A stretch of DNA of 40,915 nucleotides from the NCBI GenBank assembly GCA_964357175.1, contig CAYHJU010000003.1, positions 1 to 40,915 of the forward strand, read 5' to 3'. Source of the stretch: an uncultured Candidatus Saccharibacteria bacterium (GTDB taxonomy: Bacteria; Patescibacteriota; Minisyncoccia; GWC2-36-17; CAYHJU01). Every line of letters begins with the position of its first letter. The stretch's first letter is position 1. Position numbers and translations under genes: made by a program. The notes under the pieces are model-generated. The model ran no database searches. It saw only the letters and a program-made list of their open reading frames with translations, and was not told the origin of the DNA. Shown piece after piece: positions 33,571-40,915 of the stretch.

Positions 33571-35329
33571 AAAAGAAGAAATAATACAAGTAGCCGAAGA
33601 TGAAAGCGTTGATTCAATACTAAAACGCCTGGAAAAAAGCGTGGCGGAAAAAATTATTTTATTTGCCCCGCCCAATGCTTACTTTTTTTCTAGCGCGGAA
33701 AACCTAAAAGCCGTCCAAGAAAAAATGGAGGAAAAAGGCGTGGAGTGGTTTTTGCTTACAGACGATAAATTGGGACAAAAATATGCAGGCATTTTAGGTG
33801 TGGGGCTCATGGGTGAGGTAAAAAAAGAACGCCCGTCAAAAAAAGAGGCCTCGCCAAAAGAAGATGCGGCAGAAATAGAAAATTTTAATAAAAAAAGATC
33901 ATCTTTGGGAGACTGGTTCTCAAAATTTAAACATGAATTGCCCACCAAAAAACATAGCGAAAAAGAAGGCGTGGAAGAAATAGTTGATGAAATGAAAGAA
34001 GAGGCCGAACAGGAGGAAATGGCCACACTCCACCGCAAAAAAAGAGGTACAGACAAAAAGGCAAAGGAGGAGGCTGAAGAAGAATATGAAACCGAAGAAG
34101 ACGTATTGGATTATGGGTCGGAACCAGAAGAAGAGGTGGCATTTAGATCACTGAAAAAAATAGTTAAAAATCACGAAAACCGATTTAAAAAAATAACGAT
34201 TATTTCTTTTGCCAGCGCTGTTTTGCTACTGATGGTCTTTGTGGCGATTTTTGTATTGCCAGAAGCCACCTTGGAAATAAAAAGAAAGACCACGCAACTA
34301 CAAATGAATTTTGCTATTGAATTAAATAAAAACACCAGCGTGATAGATGCCGTGAAAAATACTCTGCCAGCACAATTAATACAGATTCAAAAAGATGTCT
34401 CCAAGGATTTTCCAGTTGATAACAAGCAAGTCTTGAGGGCGAAAGCACAAGGCGAAATTTCTATTTACAATAATTACAGCTCCAAGCCGCAAACTTTAGT
34501 AGCCACTACGCGATTTTTAGCCGAAGGAGGAAAACTTTTCCGCTTAGTCAATAAAGTGGTGGTTCCCGGTGCTTTGATAGAGAATGGAAAAATCATACCG
34601 CGATCAATCAAGGCGGCCGTCATCGCGGACCAGACAGGACCAGAATACAATATCGGACCGACAAAATTTAGCATCCCGGGATTTATGGGAGATCCTAGAT
34701 ATTTGGGATTTTATGGCGTATCTGAAAAATCTATGATCGGTGGAGCCAACGGACAAGTCAATGTGGTCACAAAAGATTTCATAAATAGTTCCATAGATTC
34801 TCTAAAAGACGAAGCTCTAAAGCTTGCTCAAGCCGATCTACAAAATAGAATTACCAGCGACCTCACTCTACTTGATGGAGCGTCCAAGGGAAGGGTGATA
34901 AGCGTAAAATCAAACGTCTCAGCCGGAGAATCGGCCAATTCTCTACATTTAACGCTTACGGCTGAATACGATGCCGTCGTATTTAATATGAAAGATTTAA
35001 AATCATTGGGAGTAAAACTCTTAGAAAAAAACTCTCCCAAAGATCAAGAGGTGGTGTCTAGCACCGTTTCTTTAACGCCGATAGTTGGCAGTGCCGATTT
35101 TGACAAGGGAGTGATGGCTTTACAGCTTTCCGCCAAAGCGCTTACTGCCAAACCAATAAATAAAAATGAAATACGCTCTAAAATATTAGGACTCAAATCA
35201 CAAAATGTCAGCGATATGTTTTTACAAAATGACGTAATCGAAGAAGCCAAGCTGACCTTTTGGCCGTTTTGGGTTTCTTCTGTTCCTACAAATTCATCAA
35301 GAGTAAATGTGAACGTAGAACCACAGTAG
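33560..35329 (+). CDS. Single-TM protein with acidic linker and baseplate-J-like C-terminal region
   Basis: TM near residues 213-234; AQGEISIYNNYSSKPQTLVATTRF, VVVPGA, VIADQTGPEYNI, GG motifs; 11-nt overlap with the upstream gene. Confidence 0.6.
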   Translation: MTSKKEEIIQVAEDESVDSILKRLEKSVAEKIILFAPPNAYFFSSAENLKAVQEKMEEKGVEWFLLTDDKLGQKYAGILGVGLMGEVKKERPSKKEASPKEDAAEIENFNKKRSSLGDWFSKFKHELPTKKHSEKEGVEEIVDEMKEEAEQEEMATLHRKKRGTDKKAKEEAEEEYETEEDVLDYGSEPEEEVAFRSLKKIVKNHENRFKKITIISFASAVLLLMVFVAIFVLPEATLEIKRKTTQLQMNFAIELNKNTSVIDAVKNTLPAQLIQIQKDVSKDFPVDNKQVLRAKAQGEISIYNNYSSKPQTLVATTRFLAEGGKLFRLVNKVVVPGALIENGKIIPRSIKAAVIADQTGPEYNIGPTKFSIPGFMGDPRYLGFYGVSEKSMIGGANGQVNVVTKDFINSSIDSLKDEALKLAQADLQNRITSDLTLLDGASKGRVISVKSNVSAGESANSLHLTLTAEYDAVVFNMKDLKSLGVKLLEKNSPKDQEVVSSTVSLTPIVGSADFDKGVMALQLSAKALTAKPINKNEIRSKILGLKSQNVSDMFLQNDVIEEAKLTFWPFWVSSVPTNSSRVNVNVEPQ

Positions 35330-35337
35330 GATTTAGA

Positions 35338-35357
35338 CCTGCCTGCCGGCAGGCAGG
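35338..35357. repeat. Perfect 20-bp palindrome CCTGCCTGCCGGCAGGCAGG
   Basis: Same family as 23152-23191. Confidence 0.85.
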
Positions 35358-35462
35358 AAATAGTAAGTAGTAAGTAGAAGTTTAAAAATATAAACTTAAA
35401 AACTTCGTGTAATGCGAAGTTTTTAAGTTTACTTCTATTTTCTATTTGCCACTTTTTACTTT
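35358..35462. terminator. Bidirectional hairpin inside a 7-nt-periodic AGTAAGT/TTCTATT tract
   Basis: AAACTTAAAAACTTCG-TGTAATG-CGAAGTTTTTAAGTTT between convergent genes. Confidence 0.65.
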
Positions 35463-36983
35463 CTAACTTTGTGGTCTATACTGCAACGCTTCTGCCAAAT
35501 GTTCCATTTTTATATTTTCCGATCCGGATAAATCAGCAATGGTGCGCGCCACCTTTAAAACTCGGTGATATGCTCGCGCCGAGAAACCCAATTTTTCCGC
35601 TGCTTTTTCCAAAAACATTTCTATTTCTTTGTCTAATTTACAATATTTTTTAATAGCCGGTATTCCCATAGCGCTATTGATAAAAAATTTTTCATTTTCA
35701 AAACGCCCTCTTTGCAAATCTCGCGCACCCTCAACTCTTTCTCTAACTTTTTTACTTTCTTCTGCCAGATTGTCACTGGCTAATTTTTGATATTTCACAG
35801 TGCCCACTCTGATGTGTAAATCTATTCGGTCCAGTAGTGGCCCTGAAATTCTTTTTTGGTATTTATACACCTGATTGGCGTTGCAGACGCAAGATCTTTC
35901 TTCGTCGCCAAAATTTCCGCAAGGACACGGATTCATCGCGGCGATTAAGACAAATCTTGCCGGAAAACTTAAATGTCCTTTGGCACGGGAAATCGTCACC
36001 GTTCCATCTTCAAGCGGCTGACGCAAACTTTCCAGGACACTGCGGGAAAATTCAGGAAATTCGTCTAAAAATAAAATACCGTTGTGGGAAAGCGTTATTT
36101 CTCCAGGTTTTGGATAGGTTCCTCCGCCCACTAAAGCAACATGCGAAGTGGTGTGATGAGGCGCGCGGAAGGGCCGTTTGAATGAAAAATTGTCTCTGTC
36201 GCAAACCAAACCGGCTACGCTATAAATTTTTATCACTTCCAGCATTTCTTCCTCGCTAAGTTTTGGCAAAATAGAAGGCATACTACGCGCAAGCAGCGTC
36301 TTGCCTCCTCCCGGAGAGCCAAAAAGCAAGACATTGTGTCCACCGGCCGCTGAAATCTCCAGAGCCCTTTTGGCAAATTCTTGCCCTGCGATAAATTTAA
36401 AATCATAATCAAAATCCTCCACATCTTGGGGCATTTCCACCTTACCCTGTAAATTTTCCAGTGGTTTTGTGCCTTCCAAATGATCTACAAGCTCTAAAAT
36501 GTTTTTGGGAGAAAAAATATTTATGCCTTTTACCATCGCCGCTTCTTTTAAATTATCTTGCGGAACAAAAATATTTTCTATACTCTGCTTTTTCGCCATT
36601 AAAGCCGCCGACAAAACGCCGTTCACCGGACGAATGGATCCATCCAGCGCCAACTCTCCCAAAAAAAGAGAATTGTCTAAATCCGCCCTAATTTGTCCGG
36701 ATGCGTGTAAATACCCCATAGCGATAGGCAAATCAAAAGCCGATCCCTCTTTATGAATATCGGCTGGAGCAAGATTCACTGTCACGCGTTTATTTTGACG
36801 CGAAGCCGGGCTGGCGCCGCTATTTTTTAAAGCCGAAGCGATGCGCTCTTTTGATTCTTCGACTGATTTATCAGGAAGTCCTACAATGTTGAAAGAAAAA
36901 AGTCCAGGTGATAAATCCACCTCGACTTCTATAAGCCGAGCGTCTAGGCCAATAGTGGATGATGAAAAAACTTTTGATGGCAT
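35463..36983 (-). CDS. comM: YifB/ComM family Mg-chelatase-like AAA+ ATPase
   Basis: IVGLPDKSVEESKER, VNLAPADIHKEGSAFDLPIA, GSPGGGKT, PFRAPHH, LFLDEFPEF, AMNPCPCG, SGPLLDRID. Confidence 0.95.
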   Translation of the reverse strand: MPSKVFSSSTIGLDARLIEVEVDLSPGLFSFNIVGLPDKSVEESKERIASALKNSGASPASRQNKRVTVNLAPADIHKEGSAFDLPIAMGYLHASGQIRADLDNSLFLGELALDGSIRPVNGVLSAALMAKKQSIENIFVPQDNLKEAAMVKGINIFSPKNILELVDHLEGTKPLENLQGKVEMPQDVEDFDYDFKFIAGQEFAKRALEISAAGGHNVLLFGSPGGGKTLLARSMPSILPKLSEEEMLEVIKIYSVAGLVCDRDNFSFKRPFRAPHHTTSHVALVGGGTYPKPGEITLSHNGILFLDEFPEFSRSVLESLRQPLEDGTVTISRAKGHLSFPARFVLIAAMNPCPCGNFGDEERSCVCNANQVYKYQKRISGPLLDRIDLHIRVGTVKYQKLASDNLAEESKKVRERVEGARDLQRGRFENEKFFINSAMGIPAIKKYCKLDKEIEMFLEKAAEKLGFSARAYHRVLKVARTIADLSGSENIKMEHLAEALQYRPQS

Positions 36984-37038
36984 GATTTTAGAAAATAGTA
37001 AATAGTAAGTAGAAAATAGAGGTAGAATTTTTAAAGGC

Positions 37039-37066
37039 TTGACAAATTTTAATATAGGAATATAGT
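37039..37066 (+). promoter_or_regulatory. Promoter TTGACA-16-TATAGT
   Basis: Divergent from comM; SD GAGGAGGT at 37081-37088; no boxA-like motif seen. Confidence 0.65.
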
Positions 37067-37093
37067 GTGGGTAATGCTAAGAGGAGGTGTCAA

Positions 37094-37345
37094 ATGGCAG
37101 AGAAGATCATGGTATGTGCAGGAAGCAACGCTTTTTTGGAAACGACTGAAGACGAGATCGGGATCGTTAGACTGATGATTGAAGAAGTGGGAGGTGATGA
37201 AGATTTGCAAAAAATTCAATCTGTGATCAAAGATCTCGAAGGGCAAGGCTACGAAAAATCGCACGCAATAACGCTTTGCATTGCGGCAGGCTCAAGGATG
37301 ATCAAAATACAACAGCTCGTCCAAACGTTGGACATTTGCCGCTAA
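37094..37345 (+). CDS. Small hypothetical protein
   Basis: Start moved to ATG 37094 after a strong SD; followed by a terminator. Confidence 0.7.
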   Translation: MAEKIMVCAGSNAFLETTEDEIGIVRLMIEEVGGDEDLQKIQSVIKDLEGQGYEKSHAITLCIAAGSRMIKIQQLVQTLDICR

Positions 37346-37355
37346 ACACTGTTGG

Positions 37356-37385
37356 GGCAGGAAAAACTTCCTGCCTTTTTCTTTT
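37356..37385 (+). terminator. Intrinsic terminator
   Basis: GGCAGGAA-AAAC-TTCCTGCC-TTTTT. Confidence 0.8.
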
Positions 37386-37435
37386 TAAAACAATTTTAAT
37401 TTACTTAATTTCCATACTAATTTACAAAAAATAAA

Positions 37436-37464
37436 ATTGCAAGAGACTCGTGCTCTCTTGCAAT
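37436..37464 (-). terminator. Hairpin terminator for the xfp-ackA-ASCH transcript
   Basis: ATTGCAAGAGA-N7-TCTCTTGCAAT followed by TTTATTTTTT on the minus strand. Confidence 0.7.
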
Positions 37465-37495
37465 ATAAACTTCTTTATAAAAAATTATCAATCAA

Positions 37496-37756
37496 TCACT
37501 CAAGTTGAATCACCAATAATCCTTTTTCTTTAATTTCTTTTTCTTGGCCGAATTTATTTAAATCAAATTTTAAAACATAGCCCACCCTCCTCTCGATGCT
37601 TCTGCCTGTATATTCTTTAGTTTCAGGATCCCATTCTTCCAAAACCAAAGCGTCACCCTCTTGAATATCAAAGTCGTTAAGTCTTAATTCAAATTTTTTC
37701 TTTCCAGAAGAAACGAGTTCAAAATATTCCGGTGTGATTTTCTTTTTTATTATCAT
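37496..37756 (-). CDS. DUF3850/ASCH (PUA-like) domain protein
   Basis: KKITPEYFELVSSGKKKFELRLNDFDIQEGDALVLEEWD...YTGR. Confidence 0.88.
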   Translation of the reverse strand: MIIKKKITPEYFELVSSGKKKFELRLNDFDIQEGDALVLEEWDPETKEYTGRSIERRVGYVLKFDLNKFGQEKEIKEKGLLVIQLE

Positions 37757-37762
37757 AGATTT

Positions 37763-37784
37763 TATTCCGCCAGCTGGCGGAATA
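37763..37784. repeat. Perfect 22-bp palindrome TATTCCGCCAGCTGGCGGAATA
   Basis: Read directly; core shared with the alaS insert. Confidence 0.85.
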
Positions 37785-37808
37785 TTTATTATTTTCCATT
37801 TTTTAGAT

Positions 37809-39005
37809 TTAAGATTTGATTTTTGAGATTTGTTTAGCCATCTCCCCCATTTCGTCTGTCTTTAAAACTAAAACTTCAACTTTTGATCCTGCAGAGCTTA
37901 TCGCGCCGTCTTTATCTATAATTTTTTCATTTTTTGACTTATCAATTTTGATTCCTAAAAATTCTAAATCTTTGCATATACGAACGCGCATAATTGGCGA
38001 ACCCTCACCGATGGCGGCTGTAAAAATGAGCGCATTCAGCCCACCCATCGCCGCCGCGTAACTTCCGATATATTTTTTAACACGATAAGAAAAAATATCC
38101 AATGCCAGTCGCGCTTTTTTATTGCCCACTTCATCTAATTCTATTAATTTTCTTACATCCGCCGTTTTTTCGCTCAAGCCCAAAAGTCCGCACTTTTCAT
38201 TTAAAAACTCATCTAATTTTTTTGGCGATAAATTTAATTTTTGCTGTAAATAAACAAGGGCTCCGGCGTCAATATCGCCTGTTCTTGTGCCCATTACAAC
38301 CCCCTCAAGAGGTGTAAATCCCATAGACGTATCAAAGCTTTTGTCGTTTTTCACAGCCGTAATGCTTGCCCCACTCCCCAAATGGCAGATGATTATTTTT
38401 TCAGGAATTTTCTTATTTTTCTCTTTTAATTTATTGATAATAGACTGGCAGGAAATACCATGAAATCCATATCTATGGATTTTCAAACTCTGGGAAATTT
38501 TAAATGGCAGACCATAAAATTTAGAAACATCTGGCAAATCTTTATGAAATTCCGTATCAAATATCGCCACCTTTTTAATATCTGGCAATATTTTCATAAA
38601 TTCTTTTATTTCTGAAATAACAGGTACTAGATGCAAAGGGGCAAGTTCTTTTATTTTTTCTAGCTGAAGAATAAAATTTTTATCAATTTTAGTCGGCGCA
38701 AAAAACTTTTGACCTCCGTGCACCACTCGAAAACCCAAAGCGTCAATTTCTCTTCCTGTTTTTATCAATTTTTCCTTTTTTAAAATATCTATTATTTTCT
38801 GGCTACTTTTTAGAAAATCATTTTTTGAAATTTTAAAACTTTTTTTAGGCTCGCCGCCTCTTTCCTCCCCAAAGGGGTAAATGTGCGACATAAAGCCGTC
38901 TCCCGCCATTTCAAAGTGCGCAAAAAACCTGCGCCTTCCGTTCTCATAAAAAGCGTATTTTTGTGAAGAACTGCCGACATTTACGATTAAAAGTTTTTTT
39001 GCCAT
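37809..39005 (-). CDS. ackA: Acetate kinase
   Basis: LIVNVGSSSQKY, GFRVVHGG, LAPLH, FDTEFH, RYGFHGIS, CHLGSGAS, TSMGFTPLEG, FTAAIGE. Start at 39005 or 39011, overlapping the xfp stop. Confidence 0.95.
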   Translation of the reverse strand: MAKKLLIVNVGSSSQKYAFYENGRRRFFAHFEMAGDGFMSHIYPFGEERGGEPKKSFKISKNDFLKSSQKIIDILKKEKLIKTGREIDALGFRVVHGGQKFFAPTKIDKNFILQLEKIKELAPLHLVPVISEIKEFMKILPDIKKVAIFDTEFHKDLPDVSKFYGLPFKISQSLKIHRYGFHGISCQSIINKLKEKNKKIPEKIIICHLGSGASITAVKNDKSFDTSMGFTPLEGVVMGTRTGDIDAGALVYLQQKLNLSPKKLDEFLNEKCGLLGLSEKTADVRKLIELDEVGNKKARLALDIFSYRVKKYIGSYAAAMGGLNALIFTAAIGEGSPIMRVRICKDLEFLGIKIDKSKNEKIIDKDGAISSAGSKVEVLVLKTDEMGEMAKQISKIKS

Positions 39006-40915
39006 TGCCAATTTGTTATTTCTTCGGGATCAACCCCGTATTTAATAATATAATCCTTGTGTTTTATAATTTTGTCTTTATATTGGGCCATGAGTTTTTC
39101 TGCTTTGTCTGCACTCACCAACCCTCTTTCGCCCATCAGGCCCAGTGCCTCTATCACCAGGTGCCACCTGCTAGTATTGTTGCGAAGCTGCATATCAAAA
39201 GGAGTGGTGGTGGAGCCGCTTTCTGTGTAGCCATGAACTAAAAATCTTTCCTGATTTTTCTCGCCAAAAAGCACCTGTTTGAAAGTTTCCGGATATCCGT
39301 AAAAATTAAATATCACCGGCTTGTCTTTAGTAAAATATTTTTCAAAGTCCATAAACGGAACTTTGCACTCTCCTTCGCTAAAGCCCGCCGCGGTAAGCTC
39401 TATGATATTTACAAAACGAATTCTTATTTCCGGCACAATTTTTCTTAAAATATCAATAGCGGACAGGGCCTCTTTGACTAAATAATCCCCCACTGCCGAT
39501 ATTACGATGTCCGGATTTTCATCGCTGGCAAAATCCCAAACACTCAATCCTTTTTCTAGTTCTTTTTGCGCTTGATCCAGTGTGAGCCATTGAGGTTCGT
39601 CGGTTTTCCCCGCGGCTATTATATTTATTTCATTTTTCGACTTCAGGCATTTTTCCAAAACAGCCAAAGCGCTATTGGCATCTGACGGAAAATAAACATG
39701 CACAAAGCAACCGTGCTTTTCAAGCATATTGCTTATAAATCCGGGATTTTGATGAGAAAAGCCATTGTGATCTTGCCTCCAGCCCGGGGAGGTTAAAATG
39801 TAATTGAGCGACGCCACCTCGCCTCGCCAATGAATTTCACGCATATGTTTTAAAAACTTGGCATATTGGTCTGCCATACTGCTGACAATTTGCACAAACG
39901 CTTCATATGACGCAAAAATCGCATGGCGACCTGTCAAAATGTATCCCTGAGCCAGTCCCTGCAAATTGTGCTCACTCAACATTTCCATAACTCTGCCTGA
40001 AGAAGAAAGGTCTTTGTCCCACTTTTTTAAAGGCAATGCAAAAACGCGCTTGGTAGAGGTAAATACTTCATCCAATTTATTTGAATAAGTTTCATCCGGC
40101 GACATTAGACGAAAATTTTTGTTTTCTTTATTTAGATCAAAAATTTCTTTTAGGCAGCGCCCTACTTTTTTCATACTACTAGCGAAGACGGTGCCAGGGT
40201 TTGCAATATCAAAATTTATCGCAAGGCTTTTAATGTCTGGAAGCAAAAGCGGCTTGTAAGAAAACGCTCCGAAGGCGTGCTTGTTTTGTCCCATTTTATA
40301 TTCATCCTCCGGTATAATATCTAAAATATCTTTGGCGAGCCCACTGTTTTTATCAAAAATTTCATTAAACTTATATGAACGCATCCATTTTTCTACGGCC
40401 TTAAGCTCCACCTTGCTTGTTTTAGCGCTCGTACCCACGACTTGATGGGACAAACAATTTCCCTCAATTTTTTCTCCGTGCAAACTTTTAATGCCCGTCC
40501 ATCCCTTGGGGGTCTTAAGTATTATCATCGGCCAGCGGGGCACTGCACCGTCCTTTCCTGAGCGCGCTTTTTCCTGAGTGGCCCTAATAGATTGATGTGC
40601 CTTTTCTAAAACATCAACCATTTTCTTATAGACCTTATCACTGTGGCCTTCCACAATAATTGGCGCGTATCCATATCCATAAAATAGAGATTTTAATTCT
40701 CTATTGGTCATTCGGCCAAAAATGGTAGGTCCGGAAATTTTATATCCATTGACATGAAGTATCGGCAAAACCGCCCCGTCATTTTTTGGATCAATTAATT
40801 TATTCAGATGCCATGATCCGGCCATAGGCCCTGTTTCCGCCTCACCATCCCCCACCAAACACGCGCTTATTAAATCGGGATTATCCAAAACGGAACCATA
40901 AGCCGTAGATAGGCT
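38987..40915 (-). CDS. xfp: Xylulose-5-P/fructose-6-P phosphoketolase, N-terminus outside the window
   Basis: GDGEAETGP, LHVNGYKISGPT, PDETYSNKL, EMLSEH, YEAF, WRQDHNGFSHQNPGF. The frame stays open to the edge (SLSTAYGSVLDNPD), so the TTG at 40888 is internal. Confidence 0.96.
   Translation of the reverse strand, partial: SLSTAYGSVLDNPDLISACLVGDGEAETGPMAGSWHLNKLIDPKNDGAVLPILHVNGYKISGPTIFGRMTNRELKSLFYGYGYAPIIVEGHSDKVYKKMVDVLEKAHQSIRATQEKARSGKDGAVPRWPMIILKTPKGWTGIKSLHGEKIEGNCLSHQVVGTSAKTSKVELKAVEKWMRSYKFNEIFDKNSGLAKDILDIIPEDEYKMGQNKHAFGAFSYKPLLLPDIKSLAINFDIANPGTVFASSMKKVGRCLKEIFDLNKENKNFRLMSPDETYSNKLDEVFTSTKRVFALPLKKWDKDLSSSGRVMEMLSEHNLQGLAQGYILTGRHAIFASYEAFVQIVSSMADQYAKFLKHMREIHWRGEVASLNYILTSPGWRQDHNGFSHQNPGFISNMLEKHGCFVHVYFPSDANSALAVLEKCLKSKNEINIIAAGKTDEPQWLTLDQAQKELEKGLSVWDFASDENPDIVISAVGDYLVKEALSAIDILRKIVPEIRIRFVNIIELTAAGFSEGECKVPFMDFEKYFTKDKPVIFNFYGYPETFKQVLFGEKNQERFLVHGYTESGSTTTPFDMQLRNNTSRWHLVIEALGLMGERGLVSADKAEKLMAQYKDKIIKHKDYIIKYGVDPEEITNWQWQKNF

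Noticed and set aside
38846-38880. YPFGEERGGEP segment of AckA as a repeat insertion
   Set aside because: Only a 4-bp CCCC/GGGG stem, with no second copy in the window.
1-40915. Alternative genetic code (UGA as Gly), tRNA or rRNA genes, introns in core genes
   Set aside because: TGA ends genes at expected positions (rpmC, scpA, alaS-adjacent orphans), core ORFs are uninterrupted, and I saw no cloverleaf or rRNA signatures in the intergenic regions.

Overview
This 40.9 kb window comes from a low-GC bacterium with clear Patescibacteria (CPR, Parcubacteria-like) traits: no L30 gene in the spc cluster, shortened AspRS and AlaRS, core genes without Shine-Dalgarno sequences, and standard code 11. 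The core content is typA, a complete str-S10-spc ribosomal superoperon on the minus strand (rpsL to secY), aspS-scpA-sugar transferase, a cyclophilin, alaS, a degenerate FtsA-like gene paired with a baseplate-J-like membrane protein, comM/yifB, and a partial xfp-ackA-ASCH operon. About eight orphan accessory genes lie between the core genes. I found no rRNA, tRNA, CRISPR array, transposase, integrase or reverse transcriptase. The most unusual signals are non-coding. (1) Six accessory genes share a layout of sigma70 promoter, boxA-like 12-mer, strong SD and ORF that the core promoters lack. (2) There is a dense set of non-autonomous palindromic elements. These include MITEs that duplicate the TTGA of -35 boxes, nested elements, 7-nt-periodic hairpin spacers inside the ribosomal operon, and 15-20 nt palindromes. 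One such palindrome sits in frame in aspS and another apparently replaces the conserved DYF motif of alaS. (3) A GNRA-capped candidate RNA structure lies in the typA leader. All family assignments come from motif recognition by eye; no database search was run.
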